A DNA stretch of 64,000 nucleotides from Alphaproteobacteria bacterium (GCA_022826665.1 JAJDUK010000047.1:137442-201441); one strand, 5' to 3'; positions 10,961 to 20,829 are shown, counted from the first letter of the stretch. A program made the numbers and translations. Notes: a model not told the origin generated them from the sequence alone.

Positions 10961-12358
10961 TCACTCCAGGATCACGCCGGGGTTGAGGATGCCCTTGGGG
11001 TCGAGGGCGGCCTTGAGGGTGCGCATCAGCGCGATCTCTTCGGGCGTGCGCGCGAGCGGCAGATAGGCGCGCTTCATCACGCCGATGCCGTGCTCGGCGC
11101 TGATGCTGCCTTGGCGCGCGTGCACGGCGCCGTAGATCGCGTCGGCCAGCGCGGGCTCCAGGGCGAGAAAGTCGTCGTCCGCGAGCCCCGGCTCCTGCGC
11201 CATGTTGACGTGGACGTTGCCATCGCCGAGATGGCCGAAGAGAACCACCCGCACACCGTCGAATTCCTTGGCCAGCGCCTCCATCTCGCCGAGGAAGGCG
11301 GGGATCACGCCGGGCGGCACGGTCACGTCGAACTTGTGGGTGAGCCCGTGGCGGCTCACCGCTTCCGTCGGCGCCTCGCGCACGCGCCAGATCGCCCGCG
11401 CTTGCGCCTCCGAGCCAGCGACCACGGCGTCGGCGATCAGCCCGTCCGCCAGCAGGCTCTCCAGCCCGTTGGCGAAGGCCTCGCCCGCGGCCTCGCCCCA
11501 CGCCGATTCCTCCTCGATCACAACAAGGCTTTCGTGGTCGCCGTCGAGCGGGATGCGCAGCGCAGGGTCTTCCGTCTTCACGTAAGCCACGGTCTCGCCG
11601 TCGATGAACTCCAGCGAGGAGAGGCGGGGGAAGCGCGCCCGCGCCGCCTGCAGCAGGGCGGGCAAGAGGTCGCGGCTGGCGAGCCCCGCGAGCGCGGTCT
11701 GAAACGCCTCGGGCGCTGGCTGCACCTGGAGCACGGCGCGGGTGATGACGCCCAAAGTGCCCTCCGAGCCGATGAAGACCTGCTTCAAGTCGAGGCCGGT
11801 GTTGTTCTTCTTCAGGATGTTGAGGCCGCTCACCACGGTGCCGTCGGCCAGCACGACTTCGAGCCCGCGCACCTGCTCGCGCATGTGGCCGTAGCGCAGC
11901 ACTTTAACCCCGCCGGCGTTGGTGGCGATCATGCCGCCGATCTGGCATGACCCGCGCCCGCCCAGGTCCACCGGCATGTCGTAGCCGCGCTCGGCGAGGT
12001 AGGTCTGCAGCGTCTCTAGCACAACACCGGCCTGGACCGTGACGGTGGCCGAGGCCTCGTCGAAGGCCTCGATGGCGCCCAGCCGCTCGACGCTCAGCAC
12101 CACCTCGCCCGCGCGCGGCACGCCGCCGCCGACCATGCCCGTGTTGCCGGCCTGCGGCACCACCGGCACGTCGAGCTCGGCGCAGGCGCGGAGCACCGCC
12201 GCCACCTCCTCGGTCGAGCGCGGGCGCACCACCAGCGGCGCCGTGCCGACATACTTGCCAATCCAGTCCCTGGAATAGCGGGCCGTGTCGGCGGGGTCGT
12301 CGAGATAGAGCGCCGGGTCGCCGAGCCTCGCCCGCAGCCTCTCGTGAGGTGCCGTCAT
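10961..12358 (-). CDS. FAD-linked oxidase (D-2-hydroxyacid/D-lactate dehydrogenase family)
   Basis: PQAGNTGMVGG, IGGMIATNAGG, GSEGTLG, GHLGDGNVH, SISAEHGIG, DPKGILNPG. Confidence 0.9.
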   Translation of the reverse strand: MTAPHERLRARLGDPALYLDDPADTARYSRDWIGKYVGTAPLVVRPRSTEEVAAVLRACAELDVPVVPQAGNTGMVGGGVPRAGEVVLSVERLGAIEAFDEASATVTVQAGVVLETLQTYLAERGYDMPVDLGGRGSCQIGGMIATNAGGVKVLRYGHMREQVRGLEVVLADGTVVSGLNILKKNNTGLDLKQVFIGSEGTLGVITRAVLQVQPAPEAFQTALAGLASRDLLPALLQAARARFPRLSSLEFIDGETVAYVKTEDPALRIPLDGDHESLVVIEEESAWGEAAGEAFANGLESLLADGLIADAVVAGSEAQARAIWRVREAPTEAVSRHGLTHKFDVTVPPGVIPAFLGEMEALAKEFDGVRVVLFGHLGDGNVHVNMAQEPGLADDDFLALEPALADAIYGAVHARQGSISAEHGIGVMKRAYLPLARTPEEIALMRTLKAALDPKGILNPGVILE

Positions 12359-12436
12359 CGCGCACTCCGTTCGGCAGGGGTGCGGTTTTGCGGCACTATG
12401 GCACGCAGGTCAAACGGCGGGGGCGGAGTAGAGCGG

Positions 12437-13078
12437 ATGGGCGTCAAGGTGCTGTTTCTCGACCACGACGGCGTGATCGCCGACAGTATGGGGGCCAAGG
12501 CAGAGGCCTTGGCCGATGCCTTCGCACCCTACACCCTGGATCGTGCCGGGGTCGCCGACGGCTTCAGGCGCCATGCAGGGAGCGGCCGGGAGCTCATTTT
12601 CGACCGCATCTACGAGGACCTGTTGGGCCAGCCGCTCGATGAGGCCACGCGCCAGCGCATCCTCGGCACGTTTCTCGACCGCATCGACGCCATCAACGCG
12701 GCGATCGGACTCTTCCCCGGCGTCCACGGCTTTATCGAGGCCCAAGCGGCGAAGCGGCTCGTCGCCGTGGTGACGGGGGTGCCGCAGGAGGAGGCCGAGC
12801 GGCAGCTTGGGCGCCTCGGCCTCTTGCCCTTCCTCGCGTCGGTTCACGGCGCCACGCGCGAGACGCCGAAACACATCCACATGGGGCGTTTCCTGGAGGC
12901 CCGCGCCATCGCGCCTGCGGACGCGCTTTTCGTCGGCGATTCCCATGCCGACATGCGCGAAGCTGCGCTGGCAGGCATCCCCTTCGTCGGCATCGGCGAG
13001 CCGGCGTTCTTCGCCAAAGGCGCGCCGCTCGCCGTGATCCCCAGCCTGCCCGACCTCGCGCCGCTCATCGACGGATAA
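12437..13078 (+). CDS. HAD-family hydrolase (phosphoglycolate phosphatase-like)
   Basis: FLDHDGVIADS motif I, VVTG, PK, FVGDSHAD motif IV. Confidence 0.82.
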   Translation: MGVKVLFLDHDGVIADSMGAKAEALADAFAPYTLDRAGVADGFRRHAGSGRELIFDRIYEDLLGQPLDEATRQRILGTFLDRIDAINAAIGLFPGVHGFIEAQAAKRLVAVVTGVPQEEAERQLGRLGLLPFLASVHGATRETPKHIHMGRFLEARAIAPADALFVGDSHADMREAALAGIPFVGIGEPAFFAKGAPLAVIPSLPDLAPLIDG

Positions 13079-13118
13079 CACCCGATTTCATGATCTGTCC
13101 CAGAAAGAGTTTCTTTGG

Positions 13119-13238
13119 CGGCCTATTCCGGCCCATTCCGGCCCAAAGTGGCCCAAGGTGGTCCAGAGCGGCCTCTCCCGATGCGGCTCATTCCGGCCCA
13201 AAGTGGCTCAAAGTGGTCCAAGGCGGCTCCTCCCGATC
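13119..13238. repeat. Intergenic 10-bp-period degenerate tandem repeat arranged as a 55-bp duplication
   Basis: Eleven 10-mers starting YGGY (e.g. CGGCCCATTC, CGGCCCAAAG, TGGCCCAAGG); 13129-13183 recurs at 13184-13238. Confidence 0.8.
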
Positions 13239-13408
13239 CGCGGCCGTGGTGGGTTGCGCTGGCGACCGAGCGGAGTGCGGCCGGCAAGCGACCGAACAAC
13301 GGGCGCCCATCGCATTTACCTCGGCCGGTCGCGGCCTGTCCGCTCTCGTGCGTCATGGCGCGATGATGGCGCATCCGCCGCACGCCGTGCACCGCACCAT
13401 GGTCCGGG

Positions 13409-15139
13409 CTATAGGACTGGCACCGCCTGGCCAGAGCGCGGAGCGGTCAGGAAATTCAGATCGCAGCCGCGGTCCGCCTGCTCCACGTGGGCGAGATGCA
13501 GCGCGAGATAGCCGCGCTCCGCACTCACCGGCGGGGGTGGGGGTTGCCATGCCGCCCGGCGCGCATCCAGCGTCGCCTGCGGCACGTCCAGCGTGAGCGT
13601 ACGCCCCTCCACGTCCAGCGTGATCGAATCGCCGTTCTCCACCAGCGCGAGCGGCCCGCCGATGGCCGCCTCCGGCGTCGCATGGAGCACGATGGTGCCG
13701 AAGGCGGTGCCGCTCATCCGCGCGTCCGAGAGCCGCACCATGTCGGTCACGCCCTGGGTCGCGAGCTTGCGCGGGATCGGGATGTAGCCGGCCTCGGGCA
13801 TGCCCGGCGCGCCCTTGGGGCCGGCGTTGCGCAGCACCAGCACGTCCTCCGGTGCGACATCCAGCGCGGGATCGTCGACCCGCGCCGTGAGGTCCGCGAC
13901 CGAGTCGAACACCACCGCGCGCCCGGTGTGCTGGCAGAGCGCGGGCGTCGCCGCCGACTGCTTGATGATGGCGCCGTCCGGCGCGAGGTTGCCGCGCAGC
14001 ACTGCGATGCCGCCCTCGCGGTAGATGGGGTCGTCCCGCTCGCGCACCACGTCCTGCGGCCAGGGCGCAGGTGCTGCGGCGATCTCCTCGCCGAGCGTGC
14101 GCCCGGTCACGGTCAGGCAGTCGAGATCCAGCCGGTCCGCCAGCGCGCGCAGCACCGGCATCAGACCGCCGGCCTTGTTCAGGTCCTCCATATAGTGCTG
14201 GCCGGAGGGCTTGAGGTCGACCAGCACCGGGGTCTCGCGGCTCAGCCGGTCCAGCCGGCCGAGGTCGAGGTCGAAGCCGCAGCGCCCGGCGACGGCGGCG
14301 AGGTGGATCACCGCGTTGGTCGAGCCGCCCACCGCGAGCAGCACGGTGAGCGCGTTGGTGAAGGCGCCGGGCGTGAGGATGCGCTCCGGCACGAGCCCTT
14401 CGGCCGCGAGCGCCACGGCCCGCGCCCCGCTCTCACGAGCGACCCGCTGGCGATCGGCGAGCACGGCGGGGATTGCAGCACTTCCCGGCAGCATCATGCC
14501 GAGCGCTTCGGCCGCGCAGGCCATGGTGCTGGCGGTCCCCATCACCATGCAGGTGCCGGCAGACGGCATGAGCCGGCCGCCGACCTCGGCGATTTCGCCC
14601 TCGTCCACGCGCCCGCCCCGGTGCGCGCCCCAGTAGCGCCGGCAGTCGGTGCAGGCGCCGAGCCGCTCGCCCTTGTGGCTGCCGGTCAGCATCGGCCCGG
14701 TGACCAGCTGGATCGCGGGCACGCCCGCGCTTGCCGCCGCCATGAGCTGGGCCGGCACGGTCTTGTCGCAGCCGCCGATCAGCACCACCGCGTCGATGGG
14801 ATGGGCGCGGATCATCTCCTCCGTGTCCATCGCCATCAGGTTGCGGAAGAGCATGGTCGTCGGGTGCATGAAGGGCTCGCCGAGCGAGATCGTGGGGAAG
14901 GTCAGGGGCAACCCGCCGGCCGCCGTCACCCCGCGCTCCACCGCTTCGATCAGGGCCGGCACCGTGCCGTGGCAACTGACGAGCCCGCTGCCCGTGTTCG
15001 CGATGCCGATCACCGGGCGGTCCAGCTCCGCCTCGGTGTAGCCCATGGACTTGGCGAAGGCCTTGCGCAGAAAGAGCGAGAAGCCGGGGTCGCCGTAGTC
15101 GGTGAGCTTGCGGCGGAGCCCGGTGGGCTTCTCCGTCAT
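13409..15139 (-). CDS. IlvD/Edd-family dehydratase (probable sugar-acid dehydratase clade)
   Basis: RNLMAMD, GGCDKT, CMVMGTASTM, GGSTN, SDARMSGT. Confidence 0.9.
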   Translation of the reverse strand: MTEKPTGLRRKLTDYGDPGFSLFLRKAFAKSMGYTEAELDRPVIGIANTGSGLVSCHGTVPALIEAVERGVTAAGGLPLTFPTISLGEPFMHPTTMLFRNLMAMDTEEMIRAHPIDAVVLIGGCDKTVPAQLMAAASAGVPAIQLVTGPMLTGSHKGERLGACTDCRRYWGAHRGGRVDEGEIAEVGGRLMPSAGTCMVMGTASTMACAAEALGMMLPGSAAIPAVLADRQRVARESGARAVALAAEGLVPERILTPGAFTNALTVLLAVGGSTNAVIHLAAVAGRCGFDLDLGRLDRLSRETPVLVDLKPSGQHYMEDLNKAGGLMPVLRALADRLDLDCLTVTGRTLGEEIAAAPAPWPQDVVRERDDPIYREGGIAVLRGNLAPDGAIIKQSAATPALCQHTGRAVVFDSVADLTARVDDPALDVAPEDVLVLRNAGPKGAPGMPEAGYIPIPRKLATQGVTDMVRLSDARMSGTAFGTIVLHATPEAAIGGPLALVENGDSITLDVEGRTLTLDVPQATLDARRAAWQPPPPPVSAERGYLALHLAHVEQADRGCDLNFLTAPRSGQAVPVL

Positions 15140-15176
15140 CCCTGCCTCCGTCGGTGGGCGGGCGTGATGCCGGCCG

Positions 15177-15947
15177 TCACTCGGGCACGAGCCCGCAGCT
15201 CACGCCGCCGTCGATGGTGAGCGCGATGCCGGTGACCCAGCGCGCCTCGTCCGAGGCGAGGTAGACGAAGCCGCCTGCGATATCAGCGGGGTCGCCCACG
15301 CCGAGCGGATGCAGCCGCGCCAGCCGCTCCTTGAAGCCCTCCGGGTCATCGAGTTGGGAGAGGTGATAGTCCACCATCGGCGTCTGCACCCAGCCGGGGC
15401 AGACGCAGTTGACCCGGATCTGGTCCTTGGCGCCGTCGAGCGCCAGGCACTTGGTCAGCATGACCACGGCGCCCTTGGAGGTGGCATAGGCCACCTGCCC
15501 CGGCGTGCCGATGAGGCCGGCGACCGAGGCGGTGTTGAGGATCGCGCCGCCGCCGCGCTCGCGCATGTGGCCCCAGACCGCCTTAGCGCCCCGATAGATG
15601 CTGGTGACGTTGACATCCATCTGGCGGTCCCAGTCGGGGCGCTCGACCTCTTCGACGCTGCCGATCACCGCCTGCCCCGCATTGTTGACCAGGATATCGA
15701 CATGGCCGAGGGCCTCGATGGCGGCGACCGCCATGCCGGCCACATCGTCGTCCCGCATGACGTCGGCCTCGATGGCGACGGCGCTGCCGCCGGCCTTCTC
15801 GATCGCGCGCACGGTGGCGACGTTGTCGTCGGCGCTGAGCCCTGCGCAGGCGACCGCCGCGCCCTCCCTGGCGAAGCGCACCGCCGTGGCGCGACCGATG
15901 CCCGAGCCTGCGCCCGTGACGATCGCGGTCTTGCCTTCGAGCCTCAT
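15177..15947 (-). CDS. Short-chain dehydrogenase/reductase
   Basis: TGAGSGIG, NNAG, YATSK. Confidence 0.92.
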   Translation of the reverse strand: MRLEGKTAIVTGAGSGIGRATAVRFAREGAAVACAGLSADDNVATVRAIEKAGGSAVAIEADVMRDDDVAGMAVAAIEALGHVDILVNNAGQAVIGSVEEVERPDWDRQMDVNVTSIYRGAKAVWGHMRERGGGAILNTASVAGLIGTPGQVAYATSKGAVVMLTKCLALDGAKDQIRVNCVCPGWVQTPMVDYHLSQLDDPEGFKERLARLHPLGVGDPADIAGGFVYLASDEARWVTGIALTIDGGVSCGLVPE

Positions 15948-16066
15948 ATATCTCTGCTCGTGCTCATGGCCGGCGCAGGATAGCCCGGCGCCCCGGAGCC
16001 CGCGAGGGTTGACTCCGCGCCCCGCCAGCCGATAGGCCGGGCCGTGAACGGGACGGGTTGGAGGCG

Positions 16067-16879
16067 ATGAGGCTGGAGGGGAAGACGGCCGTCGTGACCG
16101 GCGGCGGGCGCGGCATCGGGCGCGAGATCGGCCGCCGCTTCGCTGCCGAGGGCGCGCACGTGCTGCTCGCCGACATCGACGGCGACCGGGCGGAGGCCGC
16201 GACGGACGAGATCGTCTCCACTGGCGGACAAGCGACGCCCTGCACCGCCGATGTCGGCACGCCCGAGGGCGTCGGGCACATGTACGAGACGGCTCAGGAC
16301 CGCTTCGGCGGGCGGCTCGACATCCTCATCAACAACGCCGGTATCGCCCATCACGGCGCCTTCCTCGAGCTTTCGTTCGAGGACTGGGAGCGGGTGCTGC
16401 GCAACAACCTGACCAGCGCCTTCCTCTGCGCGCAGGGCGCCGCACGCATCATGGCCGCGCACGGTGGAGGGCGGATCGTCAACATCGGTTCGATCTCGGG
16501 CCAGCGCGGTAGCTACGGGCGCACCGCCTACGGCGTCACCAAGGCGGGCATCCACCAGATGACGCGGATCATGGCGGTGGAGCTCGGCCCGCGCGGCATC
16601 GCGGTCAATGCCATCGCGCCCGGCCCCATCGACACCGGCATCACCAGCATGGGGCCGGATCAGGAGCGCCGCTACCTGGAGCGGATCCCGCTGGAGCGCT
16701 TCGGCCACGCCCGCGACATCGCGGGCACGGCGCTCTTCCTCGCGAGCGACGACGCGGCGTACCTTACCGGCAGCGTCGTCAACGTGGACGGCGGCTTCGA
16801 CGCCGCCGGCCTCATCTTCAGCTACACGGAACTCACCACGGTGAAGAGCGATGTCCGAGACTCCTCCAAGAGCGACTGA
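16067..16879 (+). CDS. Short-chain dehydrogenase/reductase
   Basis: TGGGRGIG, NNAG, YGVTK. Confidence 0.92.
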   Translation: MRLEGKTAVVTGGGRGIGREIGRRFAAEGAHVLLADIDGDRAEAATDEIVSTGGQATPCTADVGTPEGVGHMYETAQDRFGGRLDILINNAGIAHHGAFLELSFEDWERVLRNNLTSAFLCAQGAARIMAAHGGGRIVNIGSISGQRGSYGRTAYGVTKAGIHQMTRIMAVELGPRGIAVNAIAPGPIDTGITSMGPDQERRYLERIPLERFGHARDIAGTALFLASDDAAYLTGSVVNVDGGFDAAGLIFSYTELTTVKSDVRDSSKSD

Positions 16880-16883
16880 GCCG

Positions 16884-17636
16884 ATGAAAATCAAGGGATG
16901 CGAGGCCTTCGTCACCGGCGGCGCCGGCGGCATCGGCACGCCCCTGGTAGCGGCGCTGGCCGCACGCGGCGCCCGGCGCATTTACGCCGCGGACTTGCCG
17001 GCGGTGCTTGCGAAGGCGAGGTTCCCGGAGGGAACGGACGTGGAGCCTTTGGCTCTCGACGTGACCGACGAGGCGGCGGTCCAACGCGCCGCGGAGCAGT
17101 GCGCGGGCGTCACGCTGGTAATCAACAACGCCGCCATCGTCGCCTGGGAAGGCGTGATGAGCGCGCCCACTCTCACCACCGCGCGCACCGTGTTCGAGAT
17201 CAACTACTGGGGCTATCTGCACGTGGCGCGAGCCCTCGCCCCGGTGCTGGCGCGGAACGGCGGCGGCGCGATGGCCAACGTGCTTTCCGAGGTAGCGCGG
17301 GTGAACGCGCCCTTCTGCGGCTCCTATTCCGCGAGCAAAGCGGCGGTCTGGTCCGCAACCCAGTGCATGCGGGCCGAGCTCGCCGCCCAAGGCACCCACG
17401 TGCTCGCGGTCTTTCCAAGCTCGACCGACACCCCGATGGTCGCGGGCTTCGGCGGCGAGAAGCAGCCGCCCGAGGCGGTCGCAAAGGGCATTTGCGACGC
17501 ACTGGAAGAAGGCGTGGAGGACGTCTGCATCGGCGCCCATTCGCTCTATACCGAGGCGCTGATGCGGAACGATCCCAAGGCTGGGGAGCGCGAGTTTGGG
17601 GCCATGCTGCCCGGCGCCGACGCTATCCCCGATTAG
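16884..17636 (+). CDS. Short-chain dehydrogenase/reductase
   Basis: TGGAGGIG, INNAA, YSASK. Confidence 0.88.
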   Translation: MKIKGCEAFVTGGAGGIGTPLVAALAARGARRIYAADLPAVLAKARFPEGTDVEPLALDVTDEAAVQRAAEQCAGVTLVINNAAIVAWEGVMSAPTLTTARTVFEINYWGYLHVARALAPVLARNGGGAMANVLSEVARVNAPFCGSYSASKAAVWSATQCMRAELAAQGTHVLAVFPSSTDTPMVAGFGGEKQPPEAVAKGICDALEEGVEDVCIGAHSLYTEALMRNDPKAGEREFGAMLPGADAIPD

Positions 17637-17668
17637 ATTCGGCGTTTCGCGGGCGAGCGCCGGTTCCT

Positions 17669-17864
17669 TATTCAATTTTGAGGCCTAAAATTGAATAGCG
17701 TCGCGCGTTATCTAAGAAACTTGAATAAGGCGGTGGTAGCTCACCTGCCAGCGGTCGGCGACCCGGCGGACATTCCGGAATTGCTGGCGCAACGGGCAGC
17801 GCGCTATTAAGTTTTAGCTGAAAAATATTAATAATGCGGCGCGTCATTGAGCAAAATTGAATGA
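17669..17864. promoter_or_regulatory. Duplicated AT-rich double-palindrome element (putative operator) upstream of Fic gene
   Basis: 29-bp palindrome + 10-bp spacer + 21-bp palindrome at 17669-17728, same layout again 136 bp later at 17805-17864. Confidence 0.6.
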
Positions 17865-17876
17865 GGTGGGGGCGCC

Positions 17877-19040
17877 ATGCAGCGTGGGGAGATCGGTAGG
17901 TACGAAATCACGAGTGCGGGCAGCGAGCAAGTTCGCGCCTTCGTACCACTGCCGCTGCCGCCAAACCCTCCTCTGACTCTGGATGGCTCCCTGCAACGCA
18001 CACTCGAGGCCGCGACCCTCGCCTTGGGGCGGCTCGACGCGATCTCGACCCTGCTGCCCGATGAGACAATCTTCCTGTACACCTATGTGCGCAAGGAAGC
18101 CGTTCTCTCCTCCCAGATCGAGGGGACGCAATCCACGCTATCGGACCTATTGCTGTTCGAGTTGGAGGAGGCGCCCGGCGTTCCAGTCGAAGACGTCGTC
18201 GAGGTTTCGAACTACGTAGCGGCTCTCAATCACGGCCTCCATCGGTTGGAGGAGGACTTTCCGCTCAGCAATCGGCTGATCCGCGAGATTCACCGAGTCT
18301 TGCTGTCTCGCGGCCGAGGAAGCGACAAGGCGCCGGGCGAATTTCGCCGCCTCCAGAACTGGATCGGCGGCGCGCGGCCAGGCGACGCCGAGTTCGTGCC
18401 ACCGCCCCACACCGCCGTGCCGGATTGCATGACGGCGCTCGAACGTTTCTACCATGCGGATGACGGGATGCCCTTCCTCATCCGCGCAGGACTGGCACAT
18501 GTCCAGTTCGAAACCATCCATCCCTTCCTGGACGGCAACGGGCGTGTGGGACGACTGCTGATCACACTCCTGCTCTGCAATGCGGGTGTGCTACGCCAGC
18601 CTCTCCTCTACCTGAGCCTTTATTTCAAGCAACGCCGCAGTGAGTACTACGACCTGTTAAATCGCGTGCGCCGCACCGGCGACTGGGAGGAATGGCTCGC
18701 ATTCTTCCTCGAAGGTGTGCGGGTTACGGCCGAGGGCGCGGTCACCACATCCCGCCGCTTGGTGGACGTGTTCGCGTCGGATAGGGCCGCTATCGAACGA
18801 CAAATCGGCCGCCGCGCGGGCTCGGCGATACGAGTGCACGATGCGTTGAAGGCGCGGCCAGTCGTGTCGCTACCCCAGGTTTGTGTTCAAACCAGCCTGT
18901 CGTTCCCGGCCGCATCAGCTGCGATGCAGTCGCTCGTAGAACAAGGCATCGCACGCGAACTGACTGGCAGGACCCGCAACAGAAAGTTCGCCTACGACAG
19001 CTACCTCTCCATCCTTGCCGAAGGAACCGAGGTGCCCTGA
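17877..19040 (+). CDS. Fic-family protein (class II-like, probable C-terminal HTH)
   Basis: Canonical HPFLDGNGRVGR motif; N-terminal SSQIEG auto-inhibitory motif. Confidence 0.93.
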   Translation: MQRGEIGRYEITSAGSEQVRAFVPLPLPPNPPLTLDGSLQRTLEAATLALGRLDAISTLLPDETIFLYTYVRKEAVLSSQIEGTQSTLSDLLLFELEEAPGVPVEDVVEVSNYVAALNHGLHRLEEDFPLSNRLIREIHRVLLSRGRGSDKAPGEFRRLQNWIGGARPGDAEFVPPPHTAVPDCMTALERFYHADDGMPFLIRAGLAHVQFETIHPFLDGNGRVGRLLITLLLCNAGVLRQPLLYLSLYFKQRRSEYYDLLNRVRRTGDWEEWLAFFLEGVRVTAEGAVTTSRRLVDVFASDRAAIERQIGRRAGSAIRVHDALKARPVVSLPQVCVQTSLSFPAASAAMQSLVEQGIARELTGRTRNRKFAYDSYLSILAEGTEVP

Positions 19041-19083
19041 TGCTACGCATACCAAAACCATGACCGCGGCGAGAGGGAGTGCC

Positions 19084-19920
19084 ATGATGCGGACCGTGAG
19101 ATTGCCGGGAGGCGACGAGGTCGTGGCCCTCGGCCAGGGCACGTGGCGCATGGGCGAGCGCCGAGGGGCGCGCAAGGACGAAGTGGCGGCGCTTCAGCAC
19201 GGCATTGCCTGCGGCATGACGCTTATCGACACGGCGGAGATGTACGGCTCCGGCGGCGCTGAGAAGGTGATCGGCGAAGCCATCCGAGGGCAGCGCGACA
19301 AGGTCTACTTGGTGAGCAAGGTCCTGCCGTCGAACGCCGGGCGCAAGCGCATGAAGCGCGCCTGCGAGAAGAGCCTGAAGTGCCTCGGCACCGATTATCT
19401 GGACCTCTACCTGCTGCACTGGCGCAGCGGCGTCTCCCTCGACGAGACCATCGAGGGCTTCCTCGCGCTGCAGGAGGCGGGCAAGATCCGCCGCTTCGGG
19501 GTCAGCAACTTCGACATCGACGACATGAAGGAGCTGTGGGAGACCCCGGACGGCCAGGGCTGCCAGACCAACCAGATCCTCTACAACCTGTCGCGGCGCT
19601 GGCCGGAGGGAGCGCTGATGGACTGGTCCCGGCGCCATGGCCAGCCGCTGATGATCTATTCGCCGCTGGAGCAGGGCAGGCTGCCGGCGGGCGGTGCGCT
19701 CGGCGCGATCGCCGCCGCTCGCGGCGTGACGACGATGCAGGTGGCGCTCGCCTGGGTGCTTCGCCACGAGGACGTGTTCGTCGTGCCCAAGGCGAGCCGC
19801 ATCGCCCATGTCGATGAGAATCTGGGCGTGCTCGACATCGTGCTCACCGACGACGAGCTTGCCGCCTTGGATAAGGACTTTCCTCCGCCCGAAGGCGGCG
19901 CGCCTCTAGAGATTCTATAG
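19084..19920 (+). CDS. Aldo/keto reductase
   Basis: LGQGTW, IDTAEMYG, DLYLLHW, GVSNF, YSPL. Confidence 0.92.
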   Translation: MMRTVRLPGGDEVVALGQGTWRMGERRGARKDEVAALQHGIACGMTLIDTAEMYGSGGAEKVIGEAIRGQRDKVYLVSKVLPSNAGRKRMKRACEKSLKCLGTDYLDLYLLHWRSGVSLDETIEGFLALQEAGKIRRFGVSNFDIDDMKELWETPDGQGCQTNQILYNLSRRWPEGALMDWSRRHGQPLMIYSPLEQGRLPAGGALGAIAAARGVTTMQVALAWVLRHEDVFVVPKASRIAHVDENLGVLDIVLTDDELAALDKDFPPPEGGAPLEIL

Positions 19921-19938
19921 AATGCGCTGCGGGAAGCG

Positions 19939-20829
19939 TCAGTCTCCCTGGCCGATCATCTTCATGATGCCGGAAAAATCGTCCGCCCCGTTGCCGGCGT
20001 TGCAGAAGAGTGTATAGAGCGCCGCAGCTTCCGCGCCGAGCGGCGATGCCGCGCCGGCTGAGGCCGCAGCGGTCTGGGCGAGGCGCAGGTCCTTCAGCAT
20101 CATGGCCGCCGTGAAGCCCGGCGCGTAGTCGCGGTTGGACGGCGCGTTCGGCACCGGCCCCGGCACCGGGCAGTAGGAGGTGAGCGCCCAGCACTGGCCG
20201 GTCGCCTTGGAGACGATGTCGAAGAGGGTCTGGCGCTCCAGCCCGAGCCGGTCCGCCATCCCGAAGGCCTCGCAGACCCCGATCATCGAGACCGCGAGGA
20301 TCAGGTTGTTGCAGACTTTGGCAGTCTGCCCGGCGCCCGATGCGCCGGCGTGGATCACGGCCTTGCCCATGTCGCCCAGCACCGGCCGGGCGCGCTCCAC
20401 CGAGTCCGCCTCGCCGCCCACCATGAAGGTCAGCGTGCCAGCCGCAGCGCCGGCGACGCCGCCCGAGACCGGCGCATCCAGCAGCGGCCAGCCGCCCTCG
20501 GCCGCCGTCGCGGCGACCGCGCGGGCGGTATCGACGTCGATGGTCGAGCAGTCGATCAGCAGCGTGCCGGGCGCGGCAACCGAAAGCACCCCGCCTTCGC
20601 CGCGATAGACCTCCGACACCTCGCCGCCGGCGGGAAGCATGGTGACGACCACCTCGCGCCCGGCCGCGGCCTCGGCCACCGTGCTCGCCGTTGCACAACC
20701 TGCCTCTCGGGCTCTCTCCACGGCATCCGCGCTGATGTCGAAGGCGGAGACGGCATGGCCGGCCTTCGCCAGATTGGCGGCCATCGGCCCTCCCATGTTG
20801 CCGAGCCCGATGAAACCCACTTCAGCCAT
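19939..20829 (-). CDS. mmsB: 3-hydroxyisobutyrate dehydrogenase
   Basis: FIGLGNMGGPMA, DAPVSGG, KVCNN, YCPVPG, MLKDL; in a valine-degradation cluster. Confidence 0.93.
   Translation of the reverse strand: MAEVGFIGLGNMGGPMAANLAKAGHAVSAFDISADAVERAREAGCATASTVAEAAAGREVVVTMLPAGGEVSEVYRGEGGVLSVAAPGTLLIDCSTIDVDTARAVAATAAEGGWPLLDAPVSGGVAGAAAGTLTFMVGGEADSVERARPVLGDMGKAVIHAGASGAGQTAKVCNNLILAVSMIGVCEAFGMADRLGLERQTLFDIVSKATGQCWALTSYCPVPGPVPNAPSNRDYAPGFTAAMMLKDLRLAQTAAASAGAASPLGAEAAALYTLFCNAGNGADDFSGIMKMIGQGD

Noticed and set aside
13119-13238. CRISPR array (also considered for the 87-bp repeat at 35981-36231)
   Set aside because: There are no constant repeats with unique spacers and no cas genes, and the 87-bp repeat is coding.
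15900-16110. Inverted similarity between the starts of two divergent SDR genes (MRLEGKTA(I/V)VTG)
   Set aside because: Explained by the conserved Rossmann N-terminus. The rest of the proteins differ and there is no invertase.
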